NCBI GenBank assembly: GCA_963765495.1
Contig: CAVXWP010000006.1
Location: 128,001-192,000, forward strand
DNA: 64,000 nt
Reading direction: 5' to 3'
From: Blastocatellia bacterium
GTDB lineage: Bacteria > Acidobacteriota > Blastocatellia > UBA7656
The position numbers and the translations under genes are program-made. Shown here in pieces: positions 42,617-52,634 of this stretch (positions are counted from its first letter, which is position 1; each line of letters starts with the position of its first letter). The notes below the pieces were generated by a model that was not told the origin of the DNA, did not search any database, and saw only the letters and a program-made list of their open reading frames with translations.

Positions 42617-42726
42617 CCGGGTGAGCGGACGCGGAGACCAGACAGCCACTCGTTCTCCGCGTCCACTCACTAAAGCGAATTGCGCAAGGGTTTAGACACG
42701 CGCTTTGCACAAATCCCAACCTCATC

Positions 42727-43233
42727 CTAAAAAGGAGACGGATCAATCCCGCTCACCTCGCTCGCAGAAGGCACGTAGAGCACCTCGGTTCGCCCGCTCA
42801 GCCGGTTGAATATCTCAAGCGTCACTATGACCCGGTCGGGCGGCACTCCGGCTACGGGCAGTATTGTAACCACAGGGCGTATCTGCTTCCTCAACTCGGA
42901 GCGAGACAACACGTCCCTCGCTTCAAGGTCGAGCCACGCTCCATGTCCTGCCATCAATTCCACCTCCCGCGCGATTTCATTCCCTGCGCGGTCGTATAGA
43001 GGAATCCCGTCGGCGTCCACAAATCCAAGTCTCACCCTGAAAGGCACTGGCTGAATTCCTTTTACAGCATTGATGCGGGCGATCTGGCCGATTGAGATGC
43101 CGATCAGGCCGAAACGGGGCACGGGGTTAGCGGGCGGCGTGCCCTGCATGCGTGCCGATCTGGTTGAGGCGAAGAGTGCGATGAGGATTGAAATGCCTGC
43201 GAGAGCTATGAAAGTTCTCTTGCGTGTGAACAT
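42727..43233 (-). CDS. Secreted ~168-aa hypothetical protein (fibre partner 1; paralogue of 52635-53138)
   Basis: Signal peptide, predicted beta-rich; AAGGAG SD; directly downstream of fibre gene 1. Confidence 0.7.
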   Translation of the reverse strand: MFTRKRTFIALAGISILIALFASTRSARMQGTPPANPVPRFGLIGISIGQIARINAVKGIQPVPFRVRLGFVDADGIPLYDRAGNEIAREVELMAGHGAWLDLEARDVLSRSELRKQIRPVVTILPVAGVPPDRVIVTLEIFNRLSGRTEVLYVPSASEVSGIDPSPF

Positions 43234-43328
43234 AAAGCGAACTCCTTTCTTTGATTGAATGATTGATGTCGCAGCCTGCTGTGACAGGCCGTAAAACCGC
43301 CCTCTTCTCGCATCGAAGGCGGGAAGAG

Positions 43329-45089
43329 CTATTGGCGGCGAAGCTGTTCTTCAATCCGTCGCAGCCGCGCCTCCTGTTCAGCAAGCCTCTGCTTCAACCG
43401 GTCATTTTCAGCCTTCAAATCCTTGATGGCTTGCAGCATCAGAAAAGGCAGCTTGTTGTAGCGGACCACCTTAAAACCCTGCTCATCGTCGGCCACAAGA
43501 TCGGGCATCACCTTCTCTACCTCCTGAGCTACGAGGCCGAACGAGCGAGAGGAGCCAAGGTGCTGGTCGGGATACTCATCGCTTTTCCAGTAGAAGTAAA
43601 CCGGCTGTAGGCGGACAAGCGAGTCGAGCGTGAAAGGGAAGGGGGTGATGTTGCGTTTTAAGCGGATGTCTGAGGAGCAGGTGCCGGCGATGACAGTAGA
43701 GTCGCGGTCTCTGACGCAGCCTGTCGTGCCTGTGCCTACGCGAATGTTGCCTGAAACGTCGAGCCTGTCAAGGGGAGCGGTCAGGCCGATGCCTACGCGG
43801 GTATTTGCTGTAGCACCGTTGACGCCGCTGATGGAGCCGAGGACGATGCTGTCGTTTGCGGTCACAAATGCGCGGGCTCCGATGGCGGTGGCGTTTGTGA
43901 GATTTGTTGATCCGACATCTGCATCAAAGCCAATGATGGTGTTATCGCTGCCAGTTGTGTTACCCCCGCCAGCCCCCTGCCCAAAGAAGGCATTCTCATT
44001 GCCCGTGAAGTTATTAATGCCGGCAGCGCGCCCGAAGAAGGCATTCTCATTGCCCGTGAAGTTATTAATGCCGGCAGCGCGCCCGAAGAAGGCATTCTCA
44101 TTGCCCGTGAAGTTATTTCTGCCAGCAAAGCGCCCGAAGAAGGAATTATCGCGGCCTGTCGAGTTCGTGAAGCCAGCCGATTCCCCGAAGAAGGAGTTAT
44201 TGTCACCCGTCGTATTACCCGAGCCAGCCCCGACGCCGAAGAAGGAGTTGAAACCTCCCATTGTATTAATCAGCCCTGCTGCTGCCCCGAAGAATGAGTT
44301 GAAGGTACCCTCTGTATTGTGCAAGCCTGCCGACTCCCCAAAGAAGGAATTCCCCCCTCCCGTTGTGTTGGACGCTCCTGCAAGCCCTCCCGCAAAGAGG
44401 TTACTACTTCCCGCAATGCTCAACACACGGCTTCCTCCGATGTTGTACTGCGTCAAAGCATTCATCGTGTTTGCCGAAACCGTTCCCCCTGCTGTCCCGT
44501 TCCCCGATATGTTGAAGTTGCTGGCCGCCTGCTGCGCGCTCGTGTTCTGGATGTAGTTGCCGCTCCCCGAAGGCACGCTCCCCGGTGGAATCTCTCCGAC
44601 TATCTTGCTGCCTGCAACGGTGTTTATTTGCGTGTCCTGCACACACGCGACACAGCTAGGGCTGAGAGCATCGGCAGATGTGGAAGTGAGACTGCGGATA
44701 GCGTATGGAGTGGATGTGATCTGTTGGCGCGGGCTTAGAAGGGTGAAGGCCCCTGTGCTTGCCCCTGGCCTCACGCCAATCTCAAGGAAGCGGTCGGCCC
44801 CTGTGAAGACAGATGCTGAGAAGTCGAGAAGCACAGAGAAGGAGCCGTCGGTGACAGTCACATCATCGAGTGTGATGGTAGTGCCAATCTGAGAGGTGGA
44901 AGAGAGCATATCGAAGAGCTTGAACTGGAAGTCGAACAGACCATTGGCCGGAGAGCCGGAATCATCCAATCTCCCCTGGTAGGTGAAGGCGGAAGTCTGA
45001 GCCAGCGCCGGGCCCGAGGAAGCAAGCCACAGCAATGAAGTCGCAATCAAAGCAAACAAGCGCGGGCGAGAGAGAAGATTTCTTGACAC
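43329..45089 (-). CDS. Secreted fibre protein 1: AFTYQG N-domain, 17-aa N/G/F repeats, peptidase S74 chaperone
   Basis: Signal peptide (GTG 45089 after AGGAGG); NxFFGxxAG repeats; SSDIRLKRNI, GLVAQEVE and a terminal coiled coil. Confidence 0.85.
   Translation of the reverse strand: MSRNLLSRPRLFALIATSLLWLASSGPALAQTSAFTYQGRLDDSGSPANGLFDFQFKLFDMLSSTSQIGTTITLDDVTVTDGSFSVLLDFSASVFTGADRFLEIGVRPGASTGAFTLLSPRQQITSTPYAIRSLTSTSADALSPSCVACVQDTQINTVAGSKIVGEIPPGSVPSGSGNYIQNTSAQQAASNFNISGNGTAGGTVSANTMNALTQYNIGGSRVLSIAGSSNLFAGGLAGASNTTGGGNSFFGESAGLHNTEGTFNSFFGAAAGLINTMGGFNSFFGVGAGSGNTTGDNNSFFGESAGFTNSTGRDNSFFGRFAGRNNFTGNENAFFGRAAGINNFTGNENAFFGRAAGINNFTGNENAFFGQGAGGGNTTGSDNTIIGFDADVGSTNLTNATAIGARAFVTANDSIVLGSISGVNGATANTRVGIGLTAPLDRLDVSGNIRVGTGTTGCVRDRDSTVIAGTCSSDIRLKRNITPFPFTLDSLVRLQPVYFYWKSDEYPDQHLGSSRSFGLVAQEVEKVMPDLVADDEQGFKVVRYNKLPFLMLQAIKDLKAENDRLKQRLAEQEARLRRIEEQLRRQ
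43984..44117. repeat. Perfect 51-bp intragenic tandem repeat (~2.6 copies)
   Basis: Units start at 43984, 44035 and 44086; they encode NNFTGNENAFFGRAAGI. Confidence 0.9.
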
Positions 45090-45233
45090 GATAGACCTCC
45101 TGAGCGGGTAGCCGTGCAAAATAGAAACCGATCAAAGGAAGCGAGGAAGAGAGAAAACAACAAGCCACGGCACGGGATCGAATTCAGTGCGTCGGATACG
45201 GCAAGAGGTTAGCTCGAAATGCGCTCCGTTTAC

Positions 45234-45249
45234 AGAGCATATTTATGCG
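45234..45249 (-). promoter_or_regulatory. Palindromic operator upstream of fibre gene 1
   Basis: AGAGCATATTTATGCG; 14/16 identical to 46079-46094. Confidence 0.65.
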
Positions 45250-45370
45250 TTTTTTTGAAAGTAAAATGAGACGCGGAGACACGGAGACACGGAGACACGG
45301 AGACGCGGCCAAAGAGAGGTCGTGCGTCCAACTACCCCCCGGCCCCCGGCCCCTGCCCCCCGGCCCCCGC

Positions 45371-46030
45371 CTAGATGAGCCCGCTTCGGATGGCTTTGCT
45401 TACGGCCTCAGACTTGGAATGGACGTGGAGTTTTTCATAGACGGTGCGGATGTAGTTGCGCACCGTGTTGACGCTTATCTTCATCTGGCCCGCCGCGCCC
45501 TGATAGCTAAAGCCATCGGCCAGCAGTTTGAGCAATCGCACTTCCTGCGCCGTCAGGTGCTCGTCTATCTTTTTGTGCGGACCTATGCTCTGAAAGAGCC
45601 GGACGACTTTTCTGGCTATCTCAGGCGACATCGGGGCGCCGCCATCATAGACCTCTCTTATATATTCGAGCAGGCGGGCGGGCGGAGTCTTCTTCAATAG
45701 ATAGCCGCTCGCCCCGTTGCATATAGACTCGAAGACCCTGTCCTGTTCGTCGTAAACCGTGAGCATCAGGACTTGCATGTCGCGAAACTTCTCTTTGAAG
45801 ACCGCGACGCCGTCAGACCCCTGTATACCGGGCAGGTGAATGTCCAGCAACAGCACGTCGGGCAGGTCGAACTTAATCAGCCGCAGGGCCTCTTCGACCG
45901 AGCTAAAAGTGCGGACGCAACGATAACCGGCCGTTGCATTTATCAAGACGGCCAGCCCCTCGCGCAGCGAACGGTCATCCTCGACTATCCCAACGCTGAT
46001 CGTTTTATCATCGACCTTCACCTGAATCAC
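45371..46030 (-). CDS. NarL/LuxR family response regulator
   Basis: VEDD, LLDIHLPG, GASGYLLK and HTH ISVNTVRNYIRTVYEKLHVHSK. Confidence 0.93.
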   Translation of the reverse strand: MIQVKVDDKTISVGIVEDDRSLREGLAVLINATAGYRCVRTFSSVEEALRLIKFDLPDVLLLDIHLPGIQGSDGVAVFKEKFRDMQVLMLTVYDEQDRVFESICNGASGYLLKKTPPARLLEYIREVYDGGAPMSPEIARKVVRLFQSIGPHKKIDEHLTAQEVRLLKLLADGFSYQGAAGQMKISVNTVRNYIRTVYEKLHVHSKSEAVSKAIRSGLI

Positions 46031-46078
46031 CGCTCCCCTCCCGGCCCCCGATACTATAGCGCGACGCGCCTGCTCACA

Positions 46079-46094
46079 AGAGCATAGATATGCG
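46079..46094 (-). promoter_or_regulatory. Palindromic operator upstream of the response regulator (autoregulation)
   Basis: AGAGCATAGATATGCG, with TATAGT -10 about 21 bp downstream on the minus strand. Confidence 0.65.
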
Positions 46095-46110
46095 CCCCTT
46101 TGCGCGATTG

Positions 46111-49100
46111 CTATGGAAATCTCCTGAGCGGGAAGGTGAATCTGATATGCGTCCCTCGTCCGGGCGCTGACGAGATGTCAATATCTCCGCCGATTTCAGC
46201 CGCCCGCTTCCGCATATTTACGAGTCCGTTTCCTCCGAGAGAGGTTGTGGAAAGCGCTTCCGCATCGAACCCACACCCGTCATCGCTTATCTCTGCCATC
46301 AATCGATGATCCATAATCGCAAGGCTTAGCCGAGCCAGATTGCACCCCGAATGACGAGCTACATTGTTGAGGGCTTCCTTGAGGATCAGAAACAGGTGAC
46401 GGCGCACTTCGGGGGCAAGCTTTATGTTTTCCAGACCGGGCGGCAGGTTTAGCTCCCATTCTATTTGCTTCGCTTCGAGCACATCCGAGGCGAAGCGCCT
46501 TACTCTTTGCGCAACGTCTTTGAGGCTGTCCTTGCGAGGGTCTATCGACCACACGATGTCGCTCATCGAATCGACAAGGCCGCGAGCCGAGTCGGCGACC
46601 TCCGTAAGCGTACCGGCTATCTCTTTGCGCCCGGGTTCGATCTGTTGTTTTGCGACTTCGCTGAGTATGGCTATCCTCGAAAGGCTTGCTCCTATGTCGT
46701 CGTGCAGGTCTGTGGCTATGCGCGTGCGCACACGTTCGAGTTCGAGCAGCCGTGCTACCCTGTAGCGTTCAAATAGAAATATGAGCAACCCTGCAAACAT
46801 CGCAACAATCGCAATAAACCACCACCGCTGCCATACAGGGCTGAGGATTGTGAAAGAGATCTGTGCGGGCGCGGGGCTTCGGGTGCCGTCTGAAGTTATA
46901 GCCTCTACGAGAAAGCGATACCTGCCCGGCGACAGGCGCAGGTTTACGGTTCGCTGAGGGGTGGGCGCGCTCCAGTCGCGGTCAAGCCCTTCGATTTTGT
47001 AGCGATATGTGAGCGCCCCGCCAGAAGCAAAACTCAGACCGAAGAAGTCTATCTGTATTTGATTTCGGTTCGAGTCCAATTCCGGGCCTTCGACAAGGCT
47101 TTCGCCAAAGACGGAGAGCGGATAGTCGACTCCGGCGATCTGCAACCGGCTTATAAAGACGGGCGGCGGCGTTGTAAGCCGTTCAGGTCCGGGTGTGATT
47201 CGTGAGAGTCCATGAAATGTGCCGAACCACACACGACCCTGATGGTCCCCAAAAACGGAATATAGGGTTTCTGCCGAGAGGCCATCGGCAATCGTGTAGT
47301 GGATGATCCGGCCCGTTTTCGGGTCGAAGCGATCTACGCCGTTTATGGTGTCGACGTAAATGCGCCCCTGAAGATCTTCGGTCAATTTCCCGACTATATT
47401 GCTCGATAGGCCATCCTGCGTTCGATACGTTTTGAAATCCGGTCGCTCCGCTTCTGGCTCATTCACGCGGCACAATCCGCCACGTCCGCTTGTGACCGAA
47501 ACCCAGAGCCTGCCTGAGCGGTCGAGGTGTATAGCCCTGACCTCTCCGTCTGGAAGGCCGTCTCTTGAGGTAAAGATCGTGAAGCGCCCTTCGCGGTAGC
47601 GCGCCATTCCGCTATCGCGAAACCCTATCCAGAGGCTTCCACCAGAGTCCTCGCAAAGGGCTGTGACCGTATTGAGCGTAGGCAGTCCATCACGGTCGGA
47701 GTAGCGATGGAAGCGCCCTGTCGCCCGCTCCCACCGCGTCAGCACTCCGCGCCCGGGAGCGAATGTAGCTATCCAGATATCACCCCGCGAGTCCTCAAAC
47801 AACTGCGTTACATCATTGCCCGCCAGACCGTCGCGCGTTGTAAAGACCGCAAGCGGGCGGGCGCTTGCGAGTTCTTCGAATCTGTTGACTTTCGGAAAGC
47901 GATATAGCCCTTCACGGGTCGCCACCCACCACTCTCCCTTATGGTCCTTTATCACTCCGTGATTGGGGGCGAAGTCGGCATCATTGATGTGTCCGGGCAG
48001 GTTGAACCGTACAGATGTAATCCTCTCTCCAACGAGGCGGTGTAATCGCCACCCCGCGCCCAAAAAGTAGAGATGCCCGGTATGGTCTTCGAATATATTG
48101 GTAATCATATTCGCTTCCAGCCCGTCGGTTTCCGTATAAGTGATGAATCCGCTTCTGATTATTTTGACGACCCCTTTGTGTAAAATGGCTATCCATATGT
48201 TTCCGTTTACGTCCTCGGCAAGTCCTCCGGCAATCTCCCCGACCTCTGGCGCTATGGTGTATGTGCGAAACCTGCGGCCGTCGAACTCTATCAGTCCCTT
48301 CTTCCTGCTGGTCATGTATATTCGCCCGTCTGAGAACTGGCTTACGGTCTTCGCGCTGCTATTTGCGTCACTGGTTATTGAAAGCCACACGGCCTCGCCC
48401 CGTTCTGCGGGCAAGCCGACATCGGGTTGATGGGGATCATAGATCGCGTCGCTTTCAACAAGACTGCGCCAGAGGGTGTGGTCCGTCAGCCCGGCTTCTG
48501 CGGTCTGTAAGGGGTTGACCACGAGCAATCCCGCTTCGTGATCGACCCACAACCGCTCCTGCCCGTCTATCAGGAGCGAGTAGACCACATCCGTTCCTTT
48601 CGATGTCGGCCTGACCCTGTAGTGAAGCATGCGGGCGTCACCTGAGCGCCGCACAAGCCCATACTTCGTCCCTATCCACAGGCTGCCTTCGGCGTCTTCG
48701 ATAATCGTCCACACCTGAACAAGCGAGTCGGGGTGCGAGGGAAAGCCTAGCCCGACTGCGAGGAAGAAAGCGCCCGGGCCTCTATCGCTCAGCACAAACA
48801 GGCCGCCATCGGTCCCGGCCCATATCCGCCCGCTGCGGTCTTCATATAAAACGTTTACGCGGTTGCCTGCCCCTGTATCCCCGATCCTGTAGACGGTAAA
48901 GAGTTTCCCGGCTTTATCCTGCAATTGACCGGGGGGATAGGGTTTGCCTGTGGGAGAGTAATTGAATCGGCAGACGCCTGAGCCGTTGGTTGCGGTCCAG
49001 TAATTGCCGTCGCGGGTTTCGAGGAAATCGTTAAAGATAGGAAATGCCAATCCCTCATCCAGCCCGAGGGTGAAGAAATTCTGGCCGTCAAACCGGCTCA

Positions 49101-49323
49101 ACCCGTTGGAGGTGCAGAACCACAAAAACCCCAGCGAATCACAAACTATGCGATTGACGCGGTTGTGCGCCAGCCCTTCGTTTGCGGTGTAATGGCGTAT
49201 GGGTAACCGCTCGGCGAGCGAGATCTGCGGGACCGCAGCAAACAAACAAATCAGCAAAAGCGCGCAGGATAGTGTAATACAGCTGCGGAAAAGGCTATTT
49301 CTCTCTGGTCTTGTAGAACTCAT
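46111..49323 (-). CDS. Sensor histidine kinase: Reg_prop beta-propellers, Y_Y_Y, TM, HisKA_3, HATPase
   Basis: Repeated D..G.(L/I)W.GT motifs, YRYKIEG, PVWQRWWF, RIATDLHDDIGA and DDGCGF. Confidence 0.93.
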   Translation of the reverse strand: MSSTRPERNSLFRSCITLSCALLLICLFAAVPQISLAERLPIRHYTANEGLAHNRVNRIVCDSLGFLWFCTSNGLSRFDGQNFFTLGLDEGLAFPIFNDFLETRDGNYWTATNGSGVCRFNYSPTGKPYPPGQLQDKAGKLFTVYRIGDTGAGNRVNVLYEDRSGRIWAGTDGGLFVLSDRGPGAFFLAVGLGFPSHPDSLVQVWTIIEDAEGSLWIGTKYGLVRRSGDARMLHYRVRPTSKGTDVVYSLLIDGQERLWVDHEAGLLVVNPLQTAEAGLTDHTLWRSLVESDAIYDPHQPDVGLPAERGEAVWLSITSDANSSAKTVSQFSDGRIYMTSRKKGLIEFDGRRFRTYTIAPEVGEIAGGLAEDVNGNIWIAILHKGVVKIIRSGFITYTETDGLEANMITNIFEDHTGHLYFLGAGWRLHRLVGERITSVRFNLPGHINDADFAPNHGVIKDHKGEWWVATREGLYRFPKVNRFEELASARPLAVFTTRDGLAGNDVTQLFEDSRGDIWIATFAPGRGVLTRWERATGRFHRYSDRDGLPTLNTVTALCEDSGGSLWIGFRDSGMARYREGRFTIFTSRDGLPDGEVRAIHLDRSGRLWVSVTSGRGGLCRVNEPEAERPDFKTYRTQDGLSSNIVGKLTEDLQGRIYVDTINGVDRFDPKTGRIIHYTIADGLSAETLYSVFGDHQGRVWFGTFHGLSRITPGPERLTTPPPVFISRLQIAGVDYPLSVFGESLVEGPELDSNRNQIQIDFFGLSFASGGALTYRYKIEGLDRDWSAPTPQRTVNLRLSPGRYRFLVEAITSDGTRSPAPAQISFTILSPVWQRWWFIAIVAMFAGLLIFLFERYRVARLLELERVRTRIATDLHDDIGASLSRIAILSEVAKQQIEPGRKEIAGTLTEVADSARGLVDSMSDIVWSIDPRKDSLKDVAQRVRRFASDVLEAKQIEWELNLPPGLENIKLAPEVRRHLFLILKEALNNVARHSGCNLARLSLAIMDHRLMAEISDDGCGFDAEALSTTSLGGNGLVNMRKRAAEIGGDIDISSAPGRGTHIRFTFPLRRFP

Positions 49324-49589
49324 AGACCCTGTAGGAAGAGATGAAGCAATATCTTTACAGATTTATCAGGGGCATTCAAATCTAAGGGAAATTCTTCGCC
49401 TACCTGCATACTGAACGCATGCGCGGGCCTGCGCCTCTCTCAAAGACCGAAAGCCGCTAATATCGCGGAGCTTTTTCATAAGGCAAAGACTCTCTTTCTA
49501 CTATCTCGGCATCGCGCCGATTGACCTGCGTCCCAGGTTTGCCATAATATAGCCCACTCACCAATTCTTCTTAAGAAGGGTATAACGCG

Positions 49590-49868
49590 ATGGCAGAAGC
49601 CGACACGCTCGACATCAAATCGAGAGAGATACAAGCCCCGACAAAACAGACCGGCCAGTATCGCCCGCTGCTAGCCGGACAGACCGTCTGCACCGTCAAG
49701 GATGAAAAGGGCAACAATTGCGCGGGCCACGTCAAGCAATGGCTGACGGCCCCGGCGGAGGTCGAAGCGCAGGCCGCCGACGGAAACACCATTCACCGCT
49801 GCCAGCGGTGCTACACGATTTATGAGGGACCGCCTCAACAGTATCTGCACCCGAGCGTCAAGAAATGA
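49590..49868 (+). CDS. Small putative metal-binding protein
   Basis: 92 aa with C-x9-C..H and HRCQRC; AAGGG SD; TTGACC/CATAAT-like promoter at ~49521-49548. Confidence 0.55.
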   Translation: MAEADTLDIKSREIQAPTKQTGQYRPLLAGQTVCTVKDEKGNNCAGHVKQWLTAPAEVEAQAADGNTIHRCQRCYTIYEGPPQQYLHPSVKK

Positions 49869-49903
49869 CCCGGCATCTGTGCAGAGAAAGCAGGACACCC
49901 GTA

Positions 49904-50923
49904 ATGAAAATCAAAGTAAATCTGTTGATGGCGACCGCCTTTATCACGGCGCTTTTGATTCCAGCCATCCGGGCTTATTCGCAGGAACCGACCGCAAAGA
50001 AGGTCGCGGGTAATCGAAAGGAGGCAAGGTCTGTCATGCTCAAAGACGACTATAAGGATGTAAACGGCGTGCGGCTCCATTACGTCACGGCAGGTGACGG
50101 AAAGCTCATAATGTTTGTTCACGGCTTTCCAGAATTCTGGTACGAGTGGAAAAACCAGTTGAATGAATTTGGGCGCGACTACCTGGCGGTAGCCCCGGAT
50201 ATGCGTGGGTACAATCTGTCGTCAAAACCCGAAGGCGTAGACCAGTATCAGGTCAAATACCTGATCGAGGATTTGCGGGCGCTGGCCGAATCTCTCGGCC
50301 ACAAGAAATTCATCCTCGTAGCCCACGACTGGGGCGGAGCAATCGCGTGGGGCTTTGCGATTGCTCACCCTGAATACCTTGAAAAACTCATAATCATCAA
50401 CGCGCCGCACCCGGCGATCTTTCAGCGCGAGATACGCGACAACCCTGCGCAACAAAAAGCGAGCCAGTACATGCTGATGTTTCGCAGCGCGCAGGCCGAG
50501 CAGATCCTTTCGGCCAACAACTATGCCGCGCTTGTCGGGGCCGTGCTCGGCGAAGGCTTGAAACAGGGGCACTTCACCGAAGAGGACCGCAAGGCATACA
50601 TCGAAGCGTGGTCTCAGCCGGGCGCGCTCACAGGCGGTTTGAATTATTACCGCGCCGCGCGCATCGGCCCTCCGACGACTGATGAGGAAAAGCAAGGGCC
50701 GGGTTTTGCCGGGCCGCTACAATCATTTGAAGTAAAGGTACCCACGCTTGTCATCTGGGGCGAGAAGGACACGGCGCTGCTTACGGGCAACCTCGAAGGG
50801 CTCGATAAATACGTCCCCGATCTGACGATAAAACGCATCCCCGACGGCACACACTGGGTCGTACACGAAAAGCCCGAGCTTGTGAACTCTTACATAAGGG
50901 AATTCATTGAGGGTAAGCGATAA
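49904..50923 (+). CDS. Alpha/beta hydrolase (epoxide hydrolase-like) with signal peptide
   Basis: HGFPE, DMRGYN, AHDWGG nucleophile, LNYYRA and GTHW. Confidence 0.9.
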   Translation: MKIKVNLLMATAFITALLIPAIRAYSQEPTAKKVAGNRKEARSVMLKDDYKDVNGVRLHYVTAGDGKLIMFVHGFPEFWYEWKNQLNEFGRDYLAVAPDMRGYNLSSKPEGVDQYQVKYLIEDLRALAESLGHKKFILVAHDWGGAIAWGFAIAHPEYLEKLIIINAPHPAIFQREIRDNPAQQKASQYMLMFRSAQAEQILSANNYAALVGAVLGEGLKQGHFTEEDRKAYIEAWSQPGALTGGLNYYRAARIGPPTTDEEKQGPGFAGPLQSFEVKVPTLVIWGEKDTALLTGNLEGLDKYVPDLTIKRIPDGTHWVVHEKPELVNSYIREFIEGKR

Positions 50924-52577
50924 GGCCCGCCGTGTGATTCGTGATTGAAGGCTGGTTGAGAATCGCCTCCCTGCACATATCTGCGTCCGGGTGATCAGAG
51001 CAGACGATCTTCTTCAGGTTGAAGATGAGAAGCTGTTGTTGCTCGATCCGGGCCTGCTGCTGATTGATGGCATTGATGAGCGCGACCGTGATGCGGTCGT
51101 ACTTGACCCCCTCGATTTCGCCTTTATCGTTGTGAGTCACAAGCAGCGGCTCAACTCGCGCTACATCTTCTGCCGCAAGACCGAGGTCGCGCGTTCCATC
51201 CTGTTTCCACGTAAAGCTAATTGGTCGCAATAGCCTGATGATCTCTAATCCGCCCGGGAAAGGCTGCACTTCGGTCTTGTAGCGCAGGCTTGATGAGCAG
51301 GTGGAAATTTGATTCGAGGAATTGCGACATAGTGAAGTGCTGCCCGCCGCGCCGAGACCCGGAATCACCACGACATCGGAAGTAGTGCCAAGCACGATTG
51401 TGTTTGAGGTTGATACCCTCGCGCCGTAGCCGATGGCGGTCGAGTGGTTTACGCCTGAGAGGCTGACTACCGTATTTGAGCCGAGCAGGGTGTTTTGGTT
51501 CCCGATAGCGTTGAGTGGGCCAAAGCCCGTCCTCGCGCCGATAAACGTGTTTGATGAACCCGTCGAGCCGTTGCCGCCAGCCTGAATTCCAAAGAAGGAG
51601 TTGTCAGTGCCTGTCGTATTGCCCAGACCTGCGTCTTCTCCGAAGAAAGAGTTGCAGCAGCCCGTCGTGTTTGTAGCGCCTACGTGCCATCCGAAGAAGG
51701 CGTTGCCTCCGCCCGTTGTGTTGGCATTTCCGGCCTCCCATCCGAAGAAGGAGTTGAGAGCGCCTGACGTATTACTTGTGCCCGAATCCTTTCCGAAGAA
51801 GGCATTCTCAGTTCCGGTCGTGAGGCTCGCGCCCGCGCCGAGTCCGGCGAACAGATTCCCCGTACCCGGCGCGGCGAGCACCCGACTGCCTCCGATGTCG
51901 TACTGCGTCTGCGCGTTGACGATACCGGGCGAGAGTGAGCCGCCTACGCTGAGATTGCCGCCGATTGTCCCGTTGCCTGAGATGTTGAAATTGGTTGCGG
52001 CTTGCTGGCTGGTGCTGTTCTGTATGTAATTCGCGCTGCCCGAGGTCGGCGGCCTTGCATCCGATAGCCGGGCATCGGTCGTCACAACGTACTGGCTTGC
52101 CGCAATTCCTCCTAGCTGTGCCGCATTCGCCGCATTCGCCGCATTCGTCGCCGTGTCTGCCGATGTGGCAATCGTGCTCCGCACGGCGTAAGGCGCAGAC
52201 GACAAAGGCTGGCGAGGTGAAAGTACAGTAAATGCGTCAGGGCTGCCCGCTGGCCGTACACCTATCTCAAGAAATCGCGGGGCACCGCTAAACACACTTG
52301 CTCCGAAATCAAGCTGAACGGTGAATGCGCCGTTTGTCACCTGCACCGCAAGGCTGGTGATCGTAGCTCCAACCTGGTTGCCTGTGACAAAGTCCGTTGA
52401 GTCGAACAGCTTGAACTGCATATCGTAGCTGCCGTTTGCGGGGGTGCCTGAGTTAGTCAGACTGCCCTGATAGGCGAATGCCGCGCCTTGCGCAAACGCC
52501 GAGCGGGACGCGAGAAAACATATGAGCGTCAGTAACGATAGGATTGAAGTGCAGCGCTTGAACGATATTTTCAACAT
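50904..52577 (-). CDS. Secreted fibre protein 2: AFAYQG N-domain, N/G/F repeats, peptidase S74 chaperone
   Basis: Signal peptide; paralogous to 43329-45089 (RFLEIGVRP, LSPRQ, NYIQN, NFNISGNGT); SSSLRYK and GLAAEDV. Confidence 0.85.
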   Translation of the reverse strand: MLKISFKRCTSILSLLTLICFLASRSAFAQGAAFAYQGSLTNSGTPANGSYDMQFKLFDSTDFVTGNQVGATITSLAVQVTNGAFTVQLDFGASVFSGAPRFLEIGVRPAGSPDAFTVLSPRQPLSSAPYAVRSTIATSADTATNAANAANAAQLGGIAASQYVVTTDARLSDARPPTSGSANYIQNSTSQQAATNFNISGNGTIGGNLSVGGSLSPGIVNAQTQYDIGGSRVLAAPGTGNLFAGLGAGASLTTGTENAFFGKDSGTSNTSGALNSFFGWEAGNANTTGGGNAFFGWHVGATNTTGCCNSFFGEDAGLGNTTGTDNSFFGIQAGGNGSTGSSNTFIGARTGFGPLNAIGNQNTLLGSNTVVSLSGVNHSTAIGYGARVSTSNTIVLGTTSDVVVIPGLGAAGSTSLCRNSSNQISTCSSSLRYKTEVQPFPGGLEIIRLLRPISFTWKQDGTRDLGLAAEDVARVEPLLVTHNDKGEIEGVKYDRITVALINAINQQQARIEQQQLLIFNLKKIVCSDHPDADMCREAILNQPSITNHTAGLIAYPQ

Positions 52578-52634
52578 CGCCGGTATCTCCTCGAAAGCTT
52601 CGAACCATTTGTCCGGGTCTGTGCGATAGATCGG

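Noticed and set aside
43984-44117. Possible CRISPR array
   Set aside because: Contiguous identical units without unique spacers, in frame within a CDS, and no cas genes
43329-52577. Prophage suggested by 'tail fibre' S74 domains
   Set aside because: Both proteins have signal peptides, and there are no capsid, terminase, integrase or lysis genes nearby
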